Source of the DNA: Acidobacteriota bacterium
GTDB taxonomy: Bacteria; Acidobacteriota; UBA6911; RPQK01; JAJDTT01
DNA: 64,000 nt
Assembly: GCA_965263035.1 (NCBI GenBank)
Contig: OZ253580.1
Coordinates: 5,472,001 to 5,536,000 of the forward strand
Direction: 5' to 3'
The notes under the pieces are model-generated. The model did no database searches. It was not told where the DNA came from and was given only the letters and a program-made list of their open reading frames with translations. Numbering within the stretch: the stretch's first letter is position 1; each line of letters starts with the position of its first letter. Below are positions 37,354-46,302 of the stretch, one piece after another. The translations under genes and the position numbers were made by a program.

Positions 37354-38844
37354 ATGCCCGAATCCAAGAGCGATACCGAGCACATCAATAGAGGAATGAC
37401 CGATACGGGCAGCATCGGGGGCGAATCGGCGCCGCGCAACACTTCGCCACTGCCAGACGCTCCGGCGCGTAATGTTGGAAGAACGCCGTTCCAGCACCCG
37501 TTCCGAGTCGGCGCGGGAGTGCAGCAGGCCGTCGCGTGGGTGAACACCGTGATAGTGGTGGGGCTCTTTGTCGCCCTCCTGGGCATATGGGCTCACTGGC
37601 TGTTCAGTGGCGGTGACGAGGCTTCAACGGATTCGATCACCAGCACTGGATCGATCCACGAGGCCGCCCCGCATTCGGCCGGGGATACCGATCTCCGTTC
37701 GTCGGTCGCATCGACGCCGACGGCGGAACCTTCAACGGCGAGGGCGGACGAGGATTCCCTCAATCTAAACCAAAGGGATCGCCGCCGCATTCAATCGGGC
37801 CTGAGGGCCTCGGGCCTCGATCCGGGACCCGCGGATGGCCATTTCGGCGCCGGTACGCGTGGGGTGATTCGAAACTGGCAGGCGGCTCGCGGTGTGCCGG
37901 CGACCGGCTATCTGAACTCGGTCGAGGCCCAAGAGCTGATCGCCTTAGGCACCCGTAGAGGCGCAGGCGTTCCCGCCGAGACGCCGCAGCCAGTCGGAGA
38001 CGATCGTCACCCTGCGACCGGTCTCGAATTCCCGTCGATCACCAGCCGCGGCGCCACGAAGGGCAGAACCGTCAACGACAGAAGCCGCGTCACCGGCAGC
38101 CGCGGTAACGACAACCTCACCGGCACTGACTCAGACGACACCATCAGCGGCCGGCACGGGAAGGACATCCTGAACGGCGCAGCGGGCAATGACAGGCTCG
38201 ACGGCGGCTTCGGCGACGACACCATCAACGGTGGCAGCGGTGACGATACCATCTACGGTGGACATGGGAACGATTTCATTGACGGGGGCCAGGGCAGCGA
38301 CGTCATCGATGGCGGTTTCGGCAACGACACCATCCATGGAAAGAACGGGGACGACAGGATTCGTGGTTCGCACGGCAACGACCTGCTTTTCGGTGGGTCA
38401 GGTGCCGATAACCTCGACGGCCGCTTCGGCGACGATGCCATCTACGGCGGGACCGGTGACGACATCCTCGCGGGCGGGCCCGGCAGGGATGTTTTTCACT
38501 TCGACGAACGGCATGGGATCGATCGGATCACAGATTTCAGGCCTCAGCAAGACCGGATCGATGTCAGCAAGCTTCCGGTTGGCGGGTTCGAGAACTTGAG
38601 TCTGAAAACTGTGAGACGTGGTGTCCGGATCGATCTGACAGGCGTGGGCGGAGGCACGGTTCTGCTCGTCGGCTTGACGCTCGCTGACCTGAATGCGACG
38701 CACTTTGTGTTTGGCTCCATCATTGGGGGTGGCAGGGACATGCACGCGATCGATGCCGAGGAGTTGATTGTTCTGGGTAGTGGCGAAGGAGAAAACGTTC
38801 GGGCCGAGGCGAGGAGACCTGCCGTAACGAATCGTGTCGGATGA
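37354..38844 (+). CDS. TM + peptidoglycan-binding domain + RTX (hemolysin-type Ca-binding) repeat protein
   Basis: IQSGLRASGLDPGPADGHFGAGTR..WQ..TGYL; repeated GGxGxDxI nonapeptides; DRITDF..QDRID; start uncertain. Confidence 0.8.
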   Translation: MPESKSDTEHINRGMTDTGSIGGESAPRNTSPLPDAPARNVGRTPFQHPFRVGAGVQQAVAWVNTVIVVGLFVALLGIWAHWLFSGGDEASTDSITSTGSIHEAAPHSAGDTDLRSSVASTPTAEPSTARADEDSLNLNQRDRRRIQSGLRASGLDPGPADGHFGAGTRGVIRNWQAARGVPATGYLNSVEAQELIALGTRRGAGVPAETPQPVGDDRHPATGLEFPSITSRGATKGRTVNDRSRVTGSRGNDNLTGTDSDDTISGRHGKDILNGAAGNDRLDGGFGDDTINGGSGDDTIYGGHGNDFIDGGQGSDVIDGGFGNDTIHGKNGDDRIRGSHGNDLLFGGSGADNLDGRFGDDAIYGGTGDDILAGGPGRDVFHFDERHGIDRITDFRPQQDRIDVSKLPVGGFENLSLKTVRRGVRIDLTGVGGGTVLLVGLTLADLNATHFVFGSIIGGGRDMHAIDAEELIVLGSGEGENVRAEARRPAVTNRVG

Positions 38845-38905
38845 GTTTGACCTGACGGACAATCCTTCCGGCAGTCTGTCAGAAAATCCCCACGAATCCC
38901 TGGGT

Positions 38906-39589
38906 TCACCCGTCGGACCGTTTTCGGCCGACCAGCACCGAAACCGGGGTTCGACTCCAAACGCACCTGGCGTCGAAGCCCGCCCGGGTCATCGCCTCCA
39001 GCTCCCGCTCCATTGGGAAATACGTATCCTCATCCGACCATTCGGCGAAGTGCCGATAGGCGCGTTCTTCAGGGATTCCGCGCGAGACCATGTGCGCCGC
39101 CCAGGCCGCGTAGTCCGCAGCTCTGCGGGAGGCATCCTCCGGCATGGTCGCGTCGCCGTTGACGAACACGCCGGCCCGGACCAAGGTCTCATGGACGCGT
39201 CCATAGAGTTGGGCCTTGGCGTCCAAGTCCGGTACGTGGTGCAACGCCAGAGAGGCCACAACGGCGTCGCAACGGGGAAGGGCATCGTGAAACGACTGCC
39301 TTCTCAGGCGCACCCGATCTCCAAAACGTTGCAATCTAGCCTGCGCGCGGGCGAGCATTTCGTCGTCGACGTCGATCAACTCGACGACGCTTTCGCCGCA
39401 CTTCTCCAGGATCGCCTCGGACAGGGCCCCGGTTCCGGCGCCCAAGTCGAGCACCCTCTCGGGCTGGCTGAGGGCGACTGTGCGGGCGACCTGCTCCAAC
39501 ATTTGATCGTAGCCCGGAATGAACTGCCGGATGATCTCGTCGTATTCGTCGATTTCAAGATGCAGGTGCCGACGAACGGAGTGGCTCAT
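38906..39589 (-). CDS. Class I SAM-dependent methyltransferase
   Basis: VLDLGAGTG, SLALHH, FIPGYDQM (CmoA-like N-terminus). Confidence 0.85.
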   Translation of the reverse strand: MSHSVRRHLHLEIDEYDEIIRQFIPGYDQMLEQVARTVALSQPERVLDLGAGTGALSEAILEKCGESVVELIDVDDEMLARAQARLQRFGDRVRLRRQSFHDALPRCDAVVASLALHHVPDLDAKAQLYGRVHETLVRAGVFVNGDATMPEDASRRAADYAAWAAHMVSRGIPEERAYRHFAEWSDEDTYFPMERELEAMTRAGFDARCVWSRTPVSVLVGRKRSDG

Positions 39590-39785
39590 GGGTCCAATAA
39601 ACGATCGGCACGCCGTGCGGACCAAAGTGGATACACTGGCGCCATACTCCCTCTAATCCCACCATTGAGTCCCAATTGCAAGTTGAATCGAGGAGGCACC
39701 GCTATGCAAACTCGGGGCACGAGGTACGTAGAAGACACACGGTTTCCGATATAATGGCGCCTTACGCCACGGGGGCAAGTTCGAC

Positions 39786-42590
39786 TTGACGCGTTATTCA
39801 CGGCAGAAATCCTTGCAGGACATCGACTCGGCATTCAGGCGCGGGGGATGGATCGCCACTGTTCTTCTGGTGAGTCTTCTCGTTTCTCCCCATGCCACAG
39901 GGGAAACCAAGTTGGACAAAGTTGAGCTGAACCAGGTCGAGGAGCGCTCCGAATCCCTGGCCAACTCCCTTCTGGAATTCTCGGTGACGGTCCGGGAGCG
40001 GGACATGGCTCGGATCGGCAAGTTCTTCGTGTCGCCGGCCAGGGTGACGGCGTGGCCTTCTCTCTCCGGCGCCACGGATACGGAGTTCAAGTGGATCTCG
40101 ACGGCCGCGCCCCGAATTGCACGGAAGCGTCCGGCGAAGATGACCCGGACTGAACTGATGAAGAACTGGAGCAAGTTTCTGGGAACCTTCTCCTCCGTGG
40201 AGGATGCCCGATTCCAGGTCAAGGGGGCCCGCTTCAGCCAACGGAAGGGGAGAGTCGAGGGCAAGGGGGATCTCAAATTCTTCCTGATCGGACGGGACGG
40301 CAAGAACCATAGATTCTGGGTGAAGGGAACGGGGCGGCTGGTCGCGGTCCAAACTGGGGAGGAGAACTGGCAAATCTCCGAATTCCGGGTAGACGGTGTC
40401 AGGACCATGCGGGCGGCTGCGGACCTCTTCTCCGAGGTCTGCATTCCGGCGGGAGTCTCCATTTCTTTGCCCCGATACGGCGAACCGGGAAACGACGATT
40501 TCGTCTATCACGGCGCCGCCGCGGGAGATCTGGACCGGGACGGGCTGCAGGACTTGGTGGTCACGGGAATCAACCGGAACTATCTCTACCTGAACCAGGG
40601 CGGCCGGTTTCAGGATGTGGCAGACAAGGCGGGAATCTCGGTGACGCCGCCGGGAACGGCTCCTCTGCTCTTCGACTTCGACAACGATGGGGACCTGGAC
40701 GTCTTCATGGCCTCGGTGGGAGAGCAGATGCTGTTCGAGAACCGTCTGGTGCCCTCCGGGAAGCTGCTTTTCTTCGACATCTCGCAAGAGGTCGGCGTAG
40801 CGGTGAATGCCATCGGTTTCAGCGCCACCGCCGGTGACGTCAACGGGGACGGCTGGACCGACGTCTACGTCGCCTCCTACAACCGCTACGGGCGGGTCAT
40901 GCCCGACTCCTGGCACCGCGCATCCAACGGGACTCCGAACCTGCTCTTTCTGAATCAAGGCGATGGGAGCTTCCGCGAATCGGGGGCCGCGTGGGGTGTC
41001 CGCGACCAGCGCTGGAGCTACGCCGCCCAGTTCGCCGACATCAACAGAGACGGACGGCTGGACCTCTACGTGGCCAACGATTTCGGCGAGAACGGCTACT
41101 ACGTCAATTTGGGGGACCGGTTCGAGGATCGGGCCTCCAGCCTGGGGCTTCTGGATCCGGGCAACGGCATGGGCGTCTCCTTCGGCGACTTCAACAACGA
41201 CGGGCGGATCGACCTTTACGTCACCAACATGTCCTCCACCGCCGGGAACCGGATCTTGGACCGGCTGTTTCCGCAGGGAAGGGGCGACCGCAGCGGACTC
41301 AAGAAGCTGGCAGCGGGAAATACGTTGTTCGAAGGGGTGGATGAGGGTGGCTTTCGGGACGTGAGCGCAAAGTTCGGACCGTTCGTCGCCGGATGGGCCT
41401 GGGGCGGAGTCTTCGTCGACTTCGACAACGACGGTTGGGAGGACCTCTACTCTCCCAACGGGTTCATCAGCGGCAAGTCCATGAAGGACACATGAAGCTT
41501 CTTCTGGCGCCACGTCGTGGCGTCCACGGTCGGCGACGAGAAGGCCGGCAACCAGGACTACCAGAAGAACCACATGGCTCTCCTCTTCGAGCAGGGTCTG
41601 TCCTTCAGCGGATTCGAACGGGACGCCCTTTTTCTGAATCGGGAGGGTACCCGATTCCAGGATATCTCAGGGGTCTCGGGCATCGACTCCATCTCCGACG
41701 GACGTTCGGCCGTCACCGTCGACCTGGATAACGACGGCGACCTGGACATCTTTCTCACCACCATCCAGGGGGAAGGACACCTCCTGTTCCGGAACAACGT
41801 GGGCCAGGACAAGGGCTTCATCCGCGTCGAACTGGAGGGTACGAAGAGCGGTAAGGATGCCTTCGGCGCCCAGGTTCGGGTGAAGACTCCCCTGGGTATC
41901 CAGACCCGGATCCTTTCGGGAGGAAACGGTTTCATGGCTCAGCCCGACCGCCGGCTCCTGTTCGGTCTGGGGGAATCCCGGGAGGCCGAATGGATGGACG
42001 TCACATGGCCTTCCGGCGTTCGCCAGCGGTTGGGTCCCATTCCCGCCGGCGTCTCCTTGAAGCTGGTAGAGGAACAACCCGACTACCAGACCCTGTCCCT
42101 GCCGTCGGCCGCTCTACCGGATCCCCTGGAGGAGGAGCAGGTCCTCTGGAGCAAGCTGCAGATCAAGCGGGGCCTACCCCTGCCTGAATTGGCGCTGAAG
42201 ACGCTTCCGGACGGGGAGGAGATCTCCCTTCCGCTGGAAAAGGGAACGTCCTATCTGGTGAATCTCTGGGCCACCTGGTGCGGGCCCTGCCGGCGGGAAA
42301 TGCCAGAGTTGGAGGCCGCCAAGGCCAAGTTGGAAGAGAACGGGATCAAGGTGATCGGTCTCAGTCTGGACCAGGGGGTTCCCCTCGCCGACGTGGAATC
42401 GTATGCCCGAGGCCTGGGCGTGTCGTATCCGATCTACCTGCTGGAGCAGAAGGAATTGAAGAAGATCTTTGCCGGAGACGAAAGGTTCGTCCCCTTCTCG
42501 ATCCTGGTGGACGAGGAGGGCCGGGTCGCCGATAGCCATGCCGGTTGGGGTGAGAAGGCCAAGCGGAAGCTGGATCGGCTCTGCCGGTAA
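39786..42590 (+). CDS. Secreted FG-GAP + ASPIC/UnbV (CRTAC1-like) + TlpA thioredoxin fusion; predicted selenoprotein (UGA at 41493-41495)
   Basis: ORFs 39786-41495 and 41517-42590 are in the same frame, separated only by TGA (MKDT*SFFWRHVV); hairpin follows; C-terminal WATWCGPC. Confidence 0.75.
41506..41525 (+). promoter_or_regulatory. Candidate bacterial SECIS hairpin
   Basis: GGCGCCAC-GTC-GTGGCGTC 8-bp stem starting 10 nt after the UGA; loop begins with GU, 18 nt from the UGA. Confidence 0.6.
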
Positions 42591-42710
42591 GGAGGGGCGA
42601 CCTGGGAGGGGGGTCATTCTTGTCCCCCACTCTTTCTTGCCCTAACCTCCGATGGGAATTCGGGGGTTGAAAACCCCCGCTCCCGGGTTCGGCGACTGCA
42701 AGTCGCCGCT
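42590..42710. repeat. REP-like palindrome cluster
   Basis: GGAGGGGGGTCATTCTTGTCCCCC, GGGGGTTGAAAACCCCCGCTCC, CGGCGACTGCAAGTCGCCG. Confidence 0.55.
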
Positions 42711-42911
42711 TGTCTGTTTAATTGGATCCTCCAGGATTCCCTTGCCCGGGAGAGCATGGAACGGAGTCAGAGGGCCGGAGTTCCCCTGTACCTGAGGAAC
42801 TTCATGTGGAACAGCCGGTACGGTGAGTTCCAGGGAGACCAGCTGGAGCTGGCCTTTCGCGATGGAGGCGTGTCCGGATACAATTTCCACGAGACCGGGA
42901 GTAGGAAAAGG

Positions 42912-44243
42912 ATGGAATTCTCCAGACGTGATTTCTTTCGAACGGCGGGACATCTGCATCTCCTGCTGCCGCTCCTATGCTGCATCCATCAGAGCGCTCA
43001 GGCGGAGCAATCGCTCTTCCGGAGCTCCGACATGACCCTGGTGCAGATGAATGGTTTGCGCCTCCGGTTGGGCAAGCCGGTCCAGGTCACGGAGAGCCAC
43101 GGTTACGCCTATGTGCCCACCTTGGCAAGGTTTCCCGGGGGTGAGCTTCTGGTCACCTATTCGCTGGTTCCCGACACCAACGAGAACCCGTCCAACGTGG
43201 GAGCGTTCCAGATCTCCCGGGATGGAGGAAGGACCTGGGGCCACCGATACGAGGTGCTGCCCGAGCACCACCCCCTGATCTATGTGCCCCAGGAGGACGG
43301 CTCCCTGGTGGCCATACCGTCCCACCTGTTTCCCGTTTCCCCTGGAGACAGGCACAATTTCCGGGCTGCCTATCTCCGCTTCGAGCCGGGCGCGCGCCGC
43401 ATGATCCTGGAGCCGGATGGGGTAAGGGTCGTGGACTGGCCCTGGCCCGTGAACGTGGTGCCCCGTCCCGTGCCGAAGTCGAACTGGTACGTGAGAATGG
43501 CCTTCGACGGAATCGCCCTGAAGCTGGAGGACAGATGGCTGGCCACCGCCTACGCCCGGAGGGGAGATGAGCCGATGCAGCTCAACGCCCTCCTTGTCTC
43601 TCGGGACCAGGGACGAACCTGGCGCTACCTCTCCACTATCGCGGACGCCTCGATTTTGCCCACTCCGCCCCGAAAGTGGGCCGGCGGCCCCAGCGAGACG
43701 GCCCTGGTCCGACTCGCCGACGGGGAGTTGATGGCGGTCTTTCGGGTGGGAAACGGACGGGACTGGAACCTGCGCCGGGCCTACAGCAAGGATGGTGGGA
43801 CGACATGGTCCCAAGCCGACGTGATCCCGGCCTACAGCGTGGCGCCCAGCATGGTTCGCACCCGAGGCGGCACCATCGTCCTCTCCACGGGCCGGCCAGG
43901 AATATCGCTCTGGTTCTCTACCGACGGGAGGGGACGCCGGTGGCAGGAGGTGGACGTGGTGAAACACCACAACCTCCACGTCCCAGATGAAACCTACCGC
44001 ATCCTGCCCTATCCGTTTGACAATCCCCGGGAGATGAACACTTGGTCCTACACGGAGCTGGTGGAAGTCGCCCCCAACCGCCTCCTCCTGGTGTACGACA
44101 GAGTGCCGCCCGACCCCAGAATCGTTGCCTATGGAACCGATCCCCGTAGCACCGCGGCGGAGCGCCTGAGCTGGAGGCCCAGTCCCGACTCCAGAGAGCG
44201 GTTCCGCATCTTCCTGCTGCCCATCGAGGTCGAGGGGAACTGA
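42912..44243 (+). CDS. Sialidase-family (BNR/Asp-box) protein with Tat-like signal
   Basis: SRRDFF; Asp boxes SRDGGRTW, SRDQGRTW, SKDGGTTW. Confidence 0.8.
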   Translation: MEFSRRDFFRTAGHLHLLLPLLCCIHQSAQAEQSLFRSSDMTLVQMNGLRLRLGKPVQVTESHGYAYVPTLARFPGGELLVTYSLVPDTNENPSNVGAFQISRDGGRTWGHRYEVLPEHHPLIYVPQEDGSLVAIPSHLFPVSPGDRHNFRAAYLRFEPGARRMILEPDGVRVVDWPWPVNVVPRPVPKSNWYVRMAFDGIALKLEDRWLATAYARRGDEPMQLNALLVSRDQGRTWRYLSTIADASILPTPPRKWAGGPSETALVRLADGELMAVFRVGNGRDWNLRRAYSKDGGTTWSQADVIPAYSVAPSMVRTRGGTIVLSTGRPGISLWFSTDGRGRRWQEVDVVKHHNLHVPDETYRILPYPFDNPREMNTWSYTELVEVAPNRLLLVYDRVPPDPRIVAYGTDPRSTAAERLSWRPSPDSRERFRIFLLPIEVEGN

Positions 44244-44533
44244 TCTCCACTGGATCGATCGTGCTCACGAGGAACGGCTCCCCTACACCTGCCTGACCCG
44301 GAAGATCGCCCGACCGGTACCCCTTCGTTCCGGGCAGCGAGGAGGACAACGGCGTGCCCGACAAGATCATGTCCGACTGAGCGGAGGATCTTTTCCGATC
44401 TGGCCACTCAGGCCTGGACCGCCCGTCGCGCCGCCGCCTCCAGAAACATCCGGAACTCCTCCAGGGAGACCAGACTGTCCATGTTCTGGCATTCGATCCA
44501 GCAGGGTAGGGTGTTGCGGTGGGTGAAATATAA

Positions 44534-44691
44534 CAGTCCGTGGTGAAAGTCGCGCGAGCACCGAGACCGTTCCTGCGCCCGCCGGACAAGGCGCGATGAG
44601 GGAGCATACCGGGAGTATGTGAGCCGATAGCAACGCAGTCCGCCGGGATGCAGGGACGGTCGAATGCCGTGACGACTTTTACCACGGGCTG
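44534..44691 (-). mobile_element. MITE, copy 3 (more diverged)
   Basis: Same TIRs and core; 4-bp TSD ATAA on both sides. Confidence 0.85.
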
Positions 44692-44831
44692 ATAAGGGGG
44701 GACACTGGCGTCACAGCCGGGCAGAGCGGTAGTAGGGGGCCACGATGGCTTCGACGTCGTGGTTCCAGGCGCCCGCTCACTATCTTGCTATATGCGCACG
44801 TGGGAGTCCGGCGGCAAGAATGCCGCCACTC

Positions 44832-46283
44832 CTATGCGAGCAGTTTGTCCACCACGTGGCCGCCCACGTCCGTGAGGCGGAATTGGCGTCCCTGGAACTT
44901 GTAGACCAACCTCGTGTGGTCCAGACCCAGCAGATGCAGGATGGTGGCGTGCATATCGTGCATGTGGATGGGGTCTTCCACGATATCGTAGCCCAACTCG
45001 TCCGTCTTCCCGATGGTGATTCCCGGCTTGGTGCCGCCGCCGGCCAGCCACATGGTGAAGGCGTACGGATGGTGGTCCCGTCCCGGATACTTTCCAGGAT
45101 GCTCGTTCATGGGAGTCCGGCCGAATTCGCCGCCCCAGATCACCAGCGTGTCCTCCAGCAGGCCCCGATCCTTCAAGTCCTTGATCAGAGCGGCTGAGGC
45201 CTGGTCGGTCTCCCGGCAGCGGGTCTGCAAGCCCTCTTTGTGGACGATGGACCCCTGGGCGATCTGTCCGTGGTGGTCCCAGCCGTGATGGTAGAGCTGG
45301 ACGAACCGGACACCCCGCTCCACCAGGCGCCGGGCCAGGAGGCAGTTGTTGGCGAAAGACTCCTTTCCGGGCTCGGTCCCGTACATACGGTGGACGTGCT
45401 CCGGTTCGTCGCTGATGTCCATCAGCTCGGGGACACTGGTCTGCATCCGGTAGGCCAACTCGTAGGAGGCGATCCGGGTCAGGATCTCCGGATCACCCAC
45501 GGCCTGGTAACGCTTCTGATTGAGCTTCTTCAGCGCGTCGAGCGACCGCCGGCGCGCCTTGCGGGTCATCCATTCGGGATCGGACAGAAAGAGGACCGGA
45601 TCGCCCTGGGACCGGAACTGCACTCCCTGGTACACCGTGGGAAGGAAGGCGGGCCCCCAGCACGAATTGCCGGCAAAGACCTGCACCGGACCCGATTGCA
45701 GGACCACGAAGCCGGGCAGGTCGCGGTTCTCGCTGCCCAGGCCGTAGGTCAGCCACGAGCCCATGCTGGGCCGTCCGATGAGATGGTGGCCCGTGTTCAT
45801 GAAGAGCTGGGCTGGTGCGTGGTTGAACTGCTCGGCGTGGACGGACTTGACGATGGTGATGTCGTCCACGACCTCGCCAAGGTGGGGCAGCAGCTCGGAG
45901 AGCTCGGCCCCGGACTCACCGTAACGATCATAGGAGTAGGGAGAGGCCAGAACCTGGGGCGTCCCTCGCAGAAAGGCGAACCGTTTGCCGTCCAGCGTGC
46001 CTTCCGGGACGTTCTGGCCATCCAAGGCCGTGAGCCGCGGTTTGTTCTCAAACATATCGATCTGAGACGGACCGCCTGACATGAACAGGAAGATGATGTT
46101 CTTGGCCTTGGGTTCGAAGTGCCCCGCCTTGGGCGCCATGGGATGCCGGGCATCGAGGGCGGGGGCCGCAAAGAGCCCGTCGTCCATCATTCCGGCCAGG
46201 GCGATGGACCCGATGCTCATTCCTCCCCGGAAGAAGAAGTGGCGGCGGGTAACGGCTTTCAGCATCTCCTGTTGGATTTTCAT
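44832..46283 (-). CDS. DUF1501 domain protein
   Basis: TRRHFF Tat signal; [25 protein letters not shown]. Confidence 0.9.
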   Translation of the reverse strand: MKIQQEMLKAVTRRHFFFRGGMSIGSIALAGMMDDGLFAAPALDARHPMAPKAGHFEPKAKNIIFLFMSGGPSQIDMFENKPRLTALDGQNVPEGTLDGKRFAFLRGTPQVLASPYSYDRYGESGAELSELLPHLGEVVDDITIVKSVHAEQFNHAPAQLFMNTGHHLIGRPSMGSWLTYGLGSENRDLPGFVVLQSGPVQVFAGNSCWGPAFLPTVYQGVQFRSQGDPVLFLSDPEWMTRKARRRSLDALKKLNQKRYQAVGDPEILTRIASYELAYRMQTSVPELMDISDEPEHVHRMYGTEPGKESFANNCLLARRLVERGVRFVQLYHHGWDHHGQIAQGSIVHKEGLQTRCRETDQASAALIKDLKDRGLLEDTLVIWGGEFGRTPMNEHPGKYPGRDHHPYAFTMWLAGGGTKPGITIGKTDELGYDIVEDPIHMHDMHATILHLLGLDHTRLVYKFQGRQFRLTDVGGHVVDKLLA

Positions 46284-46302
46284 GAGTGCCTATTCCTCGG
46301 GC

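Noticed and set aside
38095-38490. Periodic nucleotide repeats as a possible CRISPR or tandem array
   Set aside because: They encode RTX nonapeptides; there is no repeat-spacer structure and no cas genes in the window
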